Below are positions 11,801-29,106 of a stretch of 64,000 nucleotides of DNA, piece after piece. Every line of letters begins with the position of its first letter. Position 1 is the stretch's first letter. The position numbers were made by a program, and so were the translations under genes. Below the pieces are notes generated by a model, which worked only from the letters and a program-made list of their open reading frames with translations, made no database searches and was not told the DNA's origin. The DNA comes from Eledone cirrhosa (lineage: Eukaryota): assembly GCA_964016885.1 (NCBI GenBank), contig OZ024756.1, positions 9,734,001-9,798,000 of the forward strand. Direction: 5' to 3'.

Positions 11801-14800
11801 TAAGTGCTAGGACAAGGCACGGCAGCCAGGAGGTAGTAGATGACACGATGTATCTGTTCACCACCAGCCATTCAATAGATAAGTGCTAGGACAAGGCCCC
11901 ACGACAGCCAGGAGGTAGTAGATGACACGATGTATGTGTTCACCACCGACCATTCAATAGATAAGTGCTAGGACAAGGCCCCACGACAGCCAGGCGGTAG
12001 TAGATGACACGATGTATGTGCGCACCACCGACCATTCAATAGATAAGTGCTAGGACAAGGCACGACAGCCAGGAGGTAGTAGATGACACGATGTATGTGT
12101 TCACCACCGACCATTCAATAGATAAGTGCTAGGACAAGGCACGACAGCCAGGAGGTAGTAGATGACACGATGTATGCGTTCACCACCGACCATTCAATAG
12201 ATATGTGCTAGGACAAGGCACGACAGCCAGGAGGTAGTAGATGACACTATGTATGTGTTCACCACCGACCATTCAATACATATGTGCTAGGACAAGGCCC
12301 CACGACAGCCAGGCGGTAGTAGATGACACGATGTATGTGTTCACCACCGACCATTCAATAGATAAGTGCTAGGACAAGGCACGACAGCCAGGAGGTAGAA
12401 GATGACACGATGCATGTGTTCACCACCGACCATTCAATAGATAAGTGCTAGGACAAGGCGCGACAGCCTGGAGGTAGTAGATGACACGATGTATGTGTTC
12501 ACCACCGACCATTCAATAGATAAGTGCTAGGACAAGGCAGGACAGCCAGGAGGTAGTAGATGACACGATGTATGTGTTCACCACCGACCATTCAATAGAT
12601 AAGTGCTAGGACAAGGCAGGACAGCCAGGAGGTAGTAGATGACACGATGTATGTGTTCACCACCGACCATTCAATAGATAAGTGCTAGGACAAGGCAGGA
12701 CAGCCAGGAGGTAGTAGATGACACGATGTATGTGTTCACCACCGACCATTCAATATATAAGTGCTAAGACAAGGCACGACAGCCAGGAGGTAGTAGATGA
12801 CACGATGTATGTGTTCACCACCGACCATTCAATAGATAAGTGCTAGGACAAGGCAGGACAGCCAGGAGGTAGTAGATGACACGATGTATGTGCTCACCAC
12901 CGACCATTCCATAGATAAGTGTTAGGACAAGGCCCCACGACAGCCAGGAGGTAGTAGATGACACGATGTATGTGTTCACCACCGACCATTCAATATATAA
13001 GTGCTAAGACAAGGCACGACAGCCAGGAGGTAGTAGATGACACGATGTATGTGTTCACCACCGACCATTCAATAGATAAGTGCTAAGACAAGGCACGACA
13101 GCCAGGAGGTAGTAGATGACACGATGTATGTGTTCACCACCGACCATTCAATAGATATGTGCTAGGACAAGGCACGACAGCCAGGAGGTAGTAGATGACA
13201 CGATGTATGTGTTCACCACCGACCATTCAATAGATAAGTGCTAGGACAAGGCACGACAGCCAGGAGGTAGTAGATGACACGATGTATGTGTTCACCACCG
13301 ACCATTCAATAGATAAGTGCTAGGACAAGGCCCCACGACAGCCAGGAGGTAGTAGATGACACGATGTATGTGTTCACCACCGACCATTCAATAGATAAGT
13401 GCTAGGACAAGGCACGACAGCCAGGAGGTAGTAGATGACACGATGTATGTGTTCACCACCGACCATTCAATAGATAAGTGCTAGGACAAGGCCCCACGAC
13501 AGCCAGGCGGTAGTAGATGACACGATGTATGTGTTCACCACCGACCATCAATAGATAAGTGCTAGGACAAGGCCCCACGACAGCCAGGAGGTAGTAGATG
13601 ACACGATGTATGTGTTCACCACCGACCATTCAATAGATAAGTGCTAGGACAAGGCACGACAGCCAGGAGGTAGTAGATGACACGATGTATGTGTTCACCA
13701 CCCACCATTCCATAGATAAGTGTTAGGACAAGGCACTACAACCAGGAGGTAGTAGATGACACGATGTATGTGCTCACCACCGACCATTCAATAGATAAGT
13801 GCTAGGACAAGGAACGACAGCCAGGAGGTAGTAGATGACACGATGTATGTGCTCACCACCGACCATTCAATAGATAAGTGCTAGGACAAGGCACGACAGC
13901 CAGGAGGTAGTAGATGACACGATGTATGTGTTCACCACCGACCATTCAATAGATAAGTGCTAGGACAAGGCACGACAGCCAGGAGGTAGTAGATGACACG
14001 ATGTATGTGTTCACCACCCACCATTCAATAGATAAGTGCTAGGACAAGGCACGACAGCCAGGAGGTAGTAGATGACACGATGTATGTGTTCACCACCGAC
14101 CATTCAATAGATAGGTGCTAGGACAAGGCCCCATGACAGCCAGGCGGTAGTAGATGACACTATGTATGTGCTCACCACCGACCATTCAATAGATAAGTGT
14201 TAGGACAAGGCCCCACGACAGCCAGGAGGTAGTAGATGACACGATGTATGTGTTCACCACCGACCATTCAATAGATAAGTGCTAGGACAAGGCAGGACAG
14301 CCAGGAGGTAGTAGATGACACGATGTATGTGTTCACCACCGACCATTCAATAGATAGGTGCTAGGACAAGGCACGACAGCCAGGAGGTAGTAGATGACAC
14401 GATGTATGTGTTCACCACCGACCATTCAATAGATATGTGCTAGGACAAGGCACGACAGCCAGGAGGTAGTAGATGACACGATGTATGTGTTCACCACCGA
14501 CCATTCAATAGATAAATGTTAGGACAAGGCCCCACGACAGCCAGGAGGTAGTAGATGACACGATGTATGTGTTCACCATCGACCACTCAATAGATAAGTG
14601 CTAGGACAAGGCACGACAACCAGGAGGTAGTAGATGACACGTTGTATGTGTTCACCACCGACCATTCAATAGATAAGTGCTAGGACAAGACACGACAGCC
14701 AGGAGGTAGCAGATGATACGATGTATGTGTTCACCACCGACCATTCAATAGATAAGTGCTAAGACAAGGCACGACAGCCAGGAGGTAGTAGATGATACGA

Positions 14801-17560
14801 TGTATGTGTTCACCACCGACCATTCAATAGATAAGTGCTAGGACAAGGCACGACAGCCAGGAGGTAGTAGATGACACGATGTATGTGTTCACCACCGACC
14901 ATTCCATAGATAAGTGCTAGGACAAGGCACGACAGCCAGGAGGTAGTAGATGACACGATGTATGTGTTCAACACCGACCATTCAATAGATAAGTGTTAGG
15001 ACAAGGCACGACAGCCAGGAGGTAGTAGATGACACGATGTATGTGTTCACCATCGACCACTCAATAGATAAGTGTTAGGACAAGGCACGACAGCCAGGAG
15101 GTAGTAGATGACACGATGTATGTGTTCAACACCGACCATTCAATAGATAAGTGTTAGGACAAGGCCCCACGACAGCCAGGAGGTAGCAGATGACACGATG
15201 TATGTGGTCACCACCGACCATTCAATAGATAAGTGTTAGGACAAGGCCCCACGACAGCCAGGAGGTAGTAGATGACACGATGTATGTGCTCACCACCGAC
15301 CATTCAATAGATAAGTGCTAGGACAAGGCCCCACGACAGCCAGGCGGTAGTAGATGACACGATGTATGTGCTCACCACCGACCATTCAATAGATAAGTGC
15401 TAGGACAAGGCCCCACGACAGCCAGGAGGTAGCAGATGACACGATGTATGTGGTCACCACCGACCATTCAATAGATAAGTGTTAGGACAAGGCCCCACGA
15501 CAGCCAGGAGGTAGTAGATGACACGATGTATGTGCTCACCACCGACCATTCAATAGATAAGTGCTAGGACAAGGCACGACAGCCAGGAGGTAGTAGATGA
15601 CACGATGTATGTGTTCACCACCGACCATTCAATAGATAAGTGCTAGGACAAGGCCCCACGACAGCCAGGCGGTAGTAGATGACATGATGTATGTGTTCAC
15701 CACCGACCATACAATAAATAAGTGCTAGGAAAAGGCACGACAGCCAGGAGGTAGTAGATGACACGATGTATGTGTTCACCACCGACCATTCAATAGATAA
15801 GTGCTAGGACAAGGCACGACAGCCAGGAGGTAGTAGATGACACTATGTATGTGTTCACCACCGACCATTCAATAGATAAGTGCTAGGACAAGGCACGACA
15901 GCCAGGCGGTAGTAGATGACACGATTTATGTGTTCACCACCGACCATTCAATAGATAAGTGCTAGGACAAGGCACGACAGCCAGGAGGTAGTAGATGACA
16001 CGATCTATGTGTTCACCACCGACCATTCAATAGATAAGTGCTAGGACAAGGCACGACAGCCAGGAGGTAGTAGATGACACGATGTATGTGTTCACCACCG
16101 ACCATTCAATAGATAAGTGCTAGGACAAGGCACGACAGCCAGGAGGTAGTAGATGACACGATGTATGTGTTCACCACCGACCATTCAATAGATAAGTGCT
16201 AGGACAAGGCACGACAGCCAGGAGGTAGTAGATGACACGATGTATGTGTTCACCACCGACCATTCAATAGATAAGTGCTAGGACAAGGCACGACAGCCAG
16301 GAGGTAGTAGATGACACGATGTATGTGTTCACCACCGACCATTCAATAGATAAGTGCTAGGACAAGGCACGACAGCCAGGCGGTCGTAGATGACACGATG
16401 TATGTGTTCACCACCGACCATTCAATAGATAAGTGCTAGGACAAGGCACGACAGCCAGGAGGTAGTAGATGACACGATGTATGTGTTCACCACCGACCAT
16501 TCAATAGATAAGTGCTAGGACAAGGCACGACAGCCAGGAGGTAGTAGATGACACGATGTATGTGTTCACCACCGACCATTCAATAGATAAGTGCTAGGAC
16601 AAGGCACGACAGCCAGGAGGTAGTAGATGACACGATCTATGTGTTCACCACGGACTATTCCATAGATAAGTGTTAGGACAAGGCACGACAGCCAGGAGGT
16701 AGTAGATGACACGATGTATGTCTTCACCACCGACCATTCAATAGATATGTGCTAGGACAAGGCACGACAGCCAGGAGGTAGTAGATGACACGATCTATGT
16801 GTTCACCACCGACTATTCCATAGATAAGTGTTAGGACAAGGCACGACAGCCAGGAGGTAGTAGATGACACGATGTATGTGTTCACCACCGACCATTCAAT
16901 AGATATGTGCTAGGACAAGGCACGACAGCCAGGAGGTAGTAGATGACACGATGTATGTGTTCACCACCGACCATTCAATAGATAAGTGCTAGGACAAGGC
17001 CCCACGACAGCCAGGAACTAGTAGATGACACGATGCATGTGTTCACCACCGACCATTCAATAGATAAGTGCTAGGACAAGGCACGACAGCCAGGAGGTAG
17101 CAGATGACACGATGTATGTGTTCACCACCGACCATTCAATAGATAAGTGCTAGGACAAGGGATGACAGCCAGGAGGTAGTAGATGACACGATGTATGTGT
17201 TTACCACCGACCATTCAATAGATAAGTGCTAGGACAAGGCCCCACGACAGCCAGGAGGTAGTAGATGACACGATGTATGTGTTCACCACTGACCATTCAA
17301 GTATAGCTTTCTTTTGGCCCATTTCTGGGTGAGAGGGGCCAACTTCCTCGTCACCTTATCCCAGTTTTTGTCCATCGGGAGGATTGGTCCAAACCAGATC
17401 CTGTGTAGCTGGTCCATCTGTCCAGTACCCAACAATGCTGTTGGACGGCATAGACATGCCTCTCCAGGTGGCAAGCTTCAGGAGCACCGACTTTTCTTGG
17501 ATCATATTTTGCTCCTGTCACCGCTTCGAACTCCCAATAAATATATTTCTTATTTTATAA
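8880..17560 (-). pseudogene. Decayed Tx1/L1-like ORF2 fragment interrupted by the 79/82-bp array
   Basis: Right flank translates IWFGP..MDKNWDKVTRKLAPLTQKWAKRKLYLNG; left flank translates LNALEHVFFHFPWRFKFPLVR. Both align with ORF 21516-22349. Confidence 0.8.
8987..17300. repeat. Tandem satellite, 79/82-bp unit, roughly 100 copies
   Basis: Unit gataagtgctaggacaaggc(ccc)acgacagccaggaggtagtagatgacacgatgtatgtgttcaccaccgaccattcaata. Confidence 0.97.
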
Positions 17561-17910
17561 AGAAATAAACTGTCGCTGGGCACATACACACATACACATA
17601 CACACTCTCCCATGCACACATAAACACACACATTTATATTCATACACATAACACACACAACACACATTCCCATGCACACATACACACACACGTGTACATG
17701 CACATATATTCTCACACATACATATACAAATACATACACACATACAAATATACATACATTTACACACACACACCTCTAAAAATATGGCAAAACATAATAA
17801 ATGATCTCTAATTTGCCAGTTGTTGGAGAGGAGGCTGAAAACATAAATATATAGTGAGAGACATATATCATATATATAGTAGATATATATATCATATATA
17901 TATAGTGAGA

Positions 17911-19780
<1,870 letters not shown>

Positions 19781-22289
19781 TCTCTCTGTCAGCTCGGAGG
19801 TGGGGGTGGGGTTGTCGTTCTGCTGCAAAAACATCTGGGTCTTGCCACACAGATAGTTCACTTGGACCCAGGGGGTCGACTGGTGGTGCTGGACCTTGGC
19901 AGTGGTGAAGGTGGAGCCTTTAGGCTGGTAGCCGCATATGCCCCTTTTGGGACAGAGCGGTCCGACTTTTTCCAGCGTCTGGAGTCTTTTCTAGGGACGT
20001 CCCGTTCCCTGCTTTTAGTTGGGACTATGCAGGGGCATGTCCCGATAGAGAGGGGTGCAACAGCCTCAAGGGGTTACTCGGCCGATTTGACCTGGCCGAT
20101 AGATTTCGACTAGATTTTCCGACGGTGCCAACCTGGTCTTGGTCAAATCGCAGCGGATCATCTAGGTCGTACCTAGATAGATTTTTAGTTAGAAATAAGG
20201 ACAGGGACTTTTTAAGTTGTCCAGAAATGCTCATGGTTGGCTATTCAGACCACAAGTTGGTGACCTGCATGGTCAACCTTGATAGAACGCATAGACAGGG
20301 CCCCGGTTACTGGAAGCTCAACTTGTCCTTGCCGGCAAGTAGAGCTTACAGGGACCAGATTAGCACTTTAGTTAAGGAACGGTTGACTGGAGCGATCGTC
20401 AACAGCAGGTGGTGGGTATCTCTAAAGAGAGAGATTAGAGTAGTCTCGATAGAATTTAGTAAGGTTCTAGCTGCGGATAGGACTAAAAAGGAAAGGGAGC
20501 TAATAGATAGAGTAGAAGAGGCAATTAGAAGCGACGACGTGGCCAGAGTGCTAACGTCGAGAACGGCTTTGAGCCAGTTTTTCGACGCGAAGCACGAAGG
20601 CTGCGTTGTCCGAAGTAAAATACGTGCTCTAGGGAACGAGGGGACCAAAGCTGTTAGCTGGGCCCGCGTGACAGAGGCCAACAGTGGAACTAAATCCACC
20701 ATCTGGTCTTTGCGAGACCAGGATGGACGGGCGATTCTTGAGCCTAAGCAGTTGTGTGAGGCCTTTCAAAGGCACTTTGCCCGACTGTTCGGAAGGGGCG
20801 GGGAGCCGGTTGGGGATGTGGACTTCGGTCCATACCTCGAAGGCCTGCCGCGTCTCTCGGACAGGGAGGCGAAGTCCTGCAAGGAGCCGATTTTGGCCGC
20901 TGAGATAGAGGACGTGCTGAGCCAATGCGGCAAACGCAAATCACCGGGTCTCGATGGTCTTCCATACGAATTATATCTAGCTATGCCGGACTTGTTCCCC
21001 GATCTCCTCGAGGCGGTCTACTGCAACTGGCAACAGAACGGGAGAATTCCCTGTACTGTGACCAAGGGCGTAGTCACGCTAGTGAGGAAGGATGAGAACA
21101 AGGGGGACGAAATAAGTAACTTCAGGCCCATAACTCTGCTAAATACAGAGTTACAGATTTTGGCCAAGGTGCTAGCAAAGAGGTTGGCGCTTGCCGTGGG
21201 CAACCTGGTGGGAGATGCGCAGACATGTGCTATCCCGTCCAGGTCCATCCATGACAACCTCCACCTCATGCGATACATCATAGAGAGGGTTGGGAACGAA
21301 CCCGGCTTTGGTGGGGCCCTGATCAACTTGGATCAATCTAAGGCGTTCGATAGGGTCGACCATGGTTACCTGGATGCGGTGCTAACGGCGGCAGGCTTCG
21401 GACCCGTTTTCAGGGGCTGGATCACTGCTATGCACAGCAGCGGCATCTGCTCTAGGGTCAAGGTGAACGGCTACCTCTCGGAGCCGTTCAAAATCGAGCG
21501 GTCCATCCGACAAGGGTGCCCTTGTATGTGTTGACTCTCGAGCCACTACTGCGGAAGTTGGAGTTGTTGCAGGGCATCCCTTTGGAACCGGGATTGCGGA
21601 AAGCGGTGTCGGCCTACGCCGATGACGTGACAGTAATGGTGTCGGCGGCCTCTGAAATCGGGCCGGTCGGCACCTTACTGGAGGAGTACGAAAGGTTCAC
21701 AGGGGCTAAGCTGAACCGGGACAAGTCGATCGGTTTGCAACTCGGCACGTGGAGGGGCAGACCGATGCCCTCCGATGGCGTCGTCGGACGCTGGACAGAG
21801 GGCCCGGTGAAGTTGCTCGGGGTCTGGTTCGGACCAGACCTCCAGGTGGAGAAGAACTGGGTGGAGGTTACAAACAGGGTGTTTGCACTGACCCAGAAGT
21901 GGGCCAGTTGCAAACTATCCCTGAAAGGTCGGGTGGAGGTGGCGAACACTTATATAGTGTCCGTCATCTACTACCGCCTGACCGTAGTGCCCTGCCCAAG
22001 GGAAACCCTCGCCAAGATGGAGCGCGCACTCTTCCAATTCTTTTGGAAGAGGCGGGCTCCTATGGTGAGGAGATCCATCTGCTGTCAACACCCTTCGAAA
22101 GGAGGGCTGGGGATGCCGTGGCTAATGATGCGTAAACACGCACTAAGGCTACGGCACCTCCACGTATTCCTCACCGGTCAACCGGTGTGGGCCTCGTTTG
22201 TGAGACGAACCTTTCCCAGACTCGTCTCACTCACCGAGCTGCAATCCTGGGTCAAGCAAAGACCGAGAAAACTGGGCGCCTGGCACACT
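19781..22289 (+). mobile_element. Tx1/L1-clade LINE ORF2 fragment (APE C-terminus plus RT), frameshifted
   Basis: SYLDRFLV, YSDHKLV, GPGYWKLN, KSPGLDGLP, NFRPITLLN, DQSKAFDRV, RQGCP, AYADDV, GGLGMP. Confidence 0.92.
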
Positions 22290-25200
22290 GATATATGTCT
22301 CTCACTATATATATATATGATATATGTCTCTTACTATATATATATATGATATATATCTCTCACTATATATATGATATATATCTCTCACTATATATATATA
22401 CATGATATATGTCTCTTACTATATATATATATATGATATATGTCTCTCACTATATATATGATATATATCTCTCACTATATATATATATGATATATGTCTC
22501 TCACTATATATATATATATGATATATATCTCTCACTATATATATATCATCATCATCATCATCATCATCAGGTTTAGCGTCCGTGTTCCACGCTTGCATGG
22601 GTTTGGACGGGGGTTTTCCCACTTGAGGCAAGAGTGGTTGTCTTGCTCGCATAGGACTGTCTGGCGGGTTTTCTACAGCTGGATGCCCTTCCTAACACCA
22701 ACCACATTTACAGTGTGGGGCTGGGAGGTTTTTACCGTGTTGCCTACACGGCCACATTTACAGCGTGAACTGTGTTTTTTGTCGTGACACCTACACGATC
22801 TCATTTGTTTCGGCCTGGATGTTGTGGGACCAACATAACTTTACATTGAAAGGGGCGGTGTGGATGGGGTGGAGGTGGTGGGACGGGGGGGGTGTTTTTG
22901 ATAGAGATGCCTACTGACTGTAGTAGGTTTTTACTTTGTATTTAGGTAAGGCGGGTCTTCTCTATTACTGAGTACCGCCAAAGGTCTCGGTCCAGTGACA
23001 TTGTCTTGGAGAAGTGTAAGCGTGTGAGGTCGGAATTTATCAGCTCGTCCCATGTTTTTCTGGGTCTGCCTACTCCGTGGCTACCGTCTATCTTTATTGC
23101 CCTATGATATATATCTCTCACTATATATATATATATGATATATATCTCTCACTATATATATATATATATGATATATATCTCTCACTATATATATATATAT
23201 GATATATATCTCTCACTATATATATATATATGATATATATCTCTCACTATATATATATATATGATATATATCTCTCACTATATATATATATATGATATAT
23301 ATCTCTCACTATATATATATATATGATATATGTCTCTCACTATATATATGATATATATCTCTCACTATATATTTATATGATATATGTCTCTCACTATATA
23401 TATATGATATATGTCTCTCACTATATATATATATATGATATATATCTCTCACTATATATATATGATATATATCTCTCACTATATATATATATGATATATG
23501 TCTCTCACTATATATATATATATGATATATGTCTCTCACTATATATATATATATATATGATATATATCTCTCACTATATATATATATATGATATATATCT
23601 CTCACTATATATATATATGATATATGTCTCTCACTATATATATATATGATATATGTCTCTCACTATATATATATATGATATATGTCTCTCACTATATATA
23701 TATATGATATATGTCTCTCACTATATATATATATATGATATATGTCTCTCACTATATATATATATATGATATATGTCTCTCACTATATATATATATATAT
23801 ATGATATATGTCTTTCACTATATATATATATATGATATATGTCTCTCACTATATATATATATATGATATATATCTCTCACTATATATATATATATGATAT
23901 ATATCTCTCACTATATATATATATGATATATGTCTCTCACTATATATATATATGATATATATCTCTCACTATATATATGATATATATCTCTGACTATATA
24001 TATATACATGATATATGTCTCTCACTATATATATATACATGATATATGTCTCTCACTATATATATATATATGATATATATCTCTCACTATATATATATAT
24101 ATGATATATATCTCTCACTATATATATATATATATGATATATGTCTCTCACTATATATATATATATGATATATGTCTCTCACTATATATATATATGATAT
24201 ATGTCTCTCACTATATATATATATATGATATATGTCTCTCACTATATATATATATATGATATATATCTCTCACTATATATATATATATGATATATGTCTC
24301 TCACTATATATATATATATATGATATATGTCTCTCACTATATATATATATATATATGATATATGTCTCTCACTATATATATATATATATGATATATATCT
24401 CTCACTATATATATATATGTGATATATGTCTCTCACTATATATATATATGATATATGTCTCTCACTATATATATATATATGATATATATCTCTCACTATA
24501 TATATATATATGATATATATCTCTCACTATATATATATGTGATATATGTCTCTCACTATATATATATATATATGATATATGTCTCTCACTATATATATAT
24601 ATATGATATATATCTCTCACTATATATATATATGATATATATCTCTCACTATATATATATATATGATATATGTCTCTCACTATATATATGTATATATGAT
24701 ATATGTCTCTCACTATATATATATATATGATATATATCTCTCACTATATATATATATATGATATATATCTCTCACTATATATATATATATGATATATGTC
24801 TCTCACTATATATATATATATATGATATATATCTCTCACTATATATATATATATGATATATATCTCTCACTATATATATATATATGATATATGTCTCTCA
24901 CTATATATATATATATGATATATGTCTCTCACTATATATATATATATGATATATGTCTCTCACTATATATATATATATGATATATGTCTCTCACTATATA
25001 TATATATATGATATATGTCTCTCACTATATATATATATGATATATGTCTCTCACTATATATATATATATGATATATATCTCTCACTATATATATATATAT
25101 GATATATATCTCTCACTATATATATATATATGATATATGTCTCTCACTATATATATATATGATATATGTCTCTCACTATATATATATATATGATATATAT

Positions 25201-27254
25201 CTCTCACTATATATATATATATGATATATATCTCTCACTATATATATATGTGATATATGTCTCTCACTATATATATATATATATGATATATGTCTCTCAC
25301 TATATATATATATATGATATATATCTCTCACTATATATATATATGATATATATCTCTCACTATATATATATATATGATATATGTCTCTCACTATATATAT
25401 ATATATATGATATATGTCTCTCACTATATATATATATATGATATATATCTCTCACTATATATATATATATGATATATATCTCTCACTATATATATATATA
25501 ATATATGTCTCTCACTATATATATATATATATGATATATATCTCTCACTATATATATATATATGATATATATCTCTCACTATATATATATATATGATATA
25601 TATCTCTCACTATATATATATATATGATATATGTCTCTCACTATATATATATATATGATATATGTCTCTCACTATATATATATATATGATATATGTCTCT
25701 CACTATATATATATATATGATATATGTCTCTCACTATATATATATATGATATATGTCTCTCACTATATATATATATATGATATATGTCTCTCACTATATA
25801 TATATATATGATATATATCTCTCACTATATATATATATGATATATGTCTCTCACTATATATATATATATGATATATATCTCTCACTATATATATATATAT
25901 GATATATATCTCTCACTATATATATATATATGATATATATCTCTCACTATATATATATATATGATATATATCTCTCACTATATATATATATGATATATGT
26001 CTCTCACTATATATATATATATGATATATATCTCTCACTATATATATATATGATATATGTCTCTCACTATATATATATATATGATATATATCTCTCACTA
26101 TATATATATATATATGATATATGTCTCTCACTATATATATATATGATATATGTCTCTCACTATATATATATATATGATATATATCTCTCACTATATATAT
26201 ATATATGATATATATCTCTCACTATATATATATATATGATATATGTCTCTCACTATATATATATATATGATATATGTCTCTCACTATATATATATATATG
26301 ATATATGTCTCTCACTATATATATATATATGATATATGTCTCTCACTATATATATATATATGATATATGTCTCTCACTATATATATATATATGATATATG
26401 TCTCTCACTATATATATATATATGATATATATCTCTCACTATATATATATATATGATATATATCTCTCACTATATATATATATATGATATATGTCTCTCA
26501 CTATATATATATATATGATATATGTCTCTCACTATATATATATATATGATATATGTCTCTCACTATATATATATATGATATATGTCTCTCACTATATATA
26601 TATATATGATATATATCTCTCACTATATATATATATGATATATATCTCTCACTATATATATATATATATATGATATATGTCTCTCACTATATATATATAT
26701 ATGATATATATCTCTCACTATATATATATATGATATATATCTCTCACTATATATATATATATGATATATGTCTCTCACTATATATATATATATGATATAT
26801 ATCTCTCACTATATATATATATATGATATATGTCTCTCACTATATATATATGATATATATCTCTCACTATATATATATATATGATATATATCTCTCACTA
26901 TATATATATATATGATATATGTCTCTCACTATATATATATATGATATATATCTCTCACTATATATATATATATGATATATGTCTCTCACTATATATATAT
27001 ATATGATATATATCTCTCACTATATATATATATATGATATATGTCTCTCACTATATATATATATATGATATATGTCTCTCACTATATATATATATGATAT
27101 ATGTCTCTCACTATATATATATATGATATATGTCTCTCACTATATATATATATATGATATATATCTCTCACTATATATATATATATGATATATGTCTCTC
27201 ACTATATATATATATGATATATATCTCTCACTATATATATATATATATATGATC
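22288..27254. repeat. Compound satellite TCTCTCAC(TA)nTGATATAT(G/A), ~28-34-bp unit, ~5 kb
   Basis: Directly visible; interrupted by an RTE 3' end. Confidence 0.95.
22546..23103 (-). mobile_element. RTE LINE 3' end inserted in the compound satellite
   Basis: Near-identical reverse complement of 6583-7118. Confidence 0.9.
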
Positions 27255-27362
27255 TATGCGAGCAAGACAACCACTCTTGCCTCAAGTGGGAAAACTCCCG
27301 TCCAAACCCATGCAAGCGTGGAATATGGACGTTAAACGATGATGATGATGATGATGATGATA
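27255..27362 (+). mobile_element. RTE 3' tip with (GAT)n tail
   Basis: Matches 7018-7118. Confidence 0.8.
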
Positions 27363-27606
27363 TGATATAAGTCCCTCACTATATATATATATATATATAT
27401 ATATTTACAAACAAACAAACCAAGCATTATAATAAATGTTCAGTAAACCGATATGTGCATATATATATGTGTGCATGTATGTATATATATACATACTACT
27501 GTATGTCTGTATACATATATGTATGTACGTATACATACATACATACTTATATTTAAGTAAGTGCCGTTCTAAGAGTGAGAAATGAAATTTCGTTTCATTC
27601 TATTCC

Positions 27607-28095
<489 letters not shown>

Positions 28096-28559
28096 ATGAC
28101 GAGGAGAGGAGGAGCCATATCTGTAGCAACAGATGCACCCCACCAGGTGGCGTGGAAGTAAAGTAAATATTTAATTATGGGAGATTGTTGGTCAATGCAC
28201 TCAACTCCAGATGGCCATATGTTGTTGTTGTTGTTGTTGTTGTATGTTGTTGTATGTTGTTGTTGTTGTTGTTGTTGTTGTCGTCTTAACTTTACTTCAG
28301 TTCAACTGCTGTGACTAGGAGCTTTACAAACTACACTATATATATATATATATATATGTCTGTGTGTGTGTCTGCGGATGGGTGTGTCTGTGGATGGGTG
28401 TATATATATGCATGTATATATATGTATATGTATATCTATATATGTATAAATATTCATATATATGTATGTATATATATATATTATATATATATATATATTT
28501 TATATATATATATTATATATATTATATATATACACACACACATACACATATATATATAC

Positions 28560-28636
<77 letters not shown>

Positions 28637-28643
28637 TATATAC

Positions 28644-28674
<31 letters not shown>

Positions 28675-29106
28675 ATATATATATACATATACATACATAT
28701 GTATATATATATATATGTATATTCATACATATAAATATATATATATATATGTATGTATACACACACACACACAGACACACACACTCACACAGATATACTT
28801 ATATATCCGTTGTATGTGGTCTTTGACTTGAATCCAAGCAAAACGACTTTCTTGTCTCAGTCATTCTATATCAGATGTTAACATTTATACTGTAGGTCCT
28901 TAGATGATGACTGAGCCCCAACTTTGCCCAGAAAGTCCCATGGAAGGCAGAGATATGGAATGTAGACAAATACTCCACCAACAGTGGCTACAACTAGTAC
29001 TGGACTTACCTAGAAGCTAAATAAGCTATAGCTTAGGGTCACACACCATCAGGGCCCTTATTTATTAAAATATACTTTTATTTCATCATTAGTTTTTATT
29101 GTTTAA

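Noticed and set aside
8987-17300. CRISPR array or repeat-protein gene
   Set aside because: No spacers, unit lengths are not multiples of 3, and the unit is explained as amplified Tx1 sequence.
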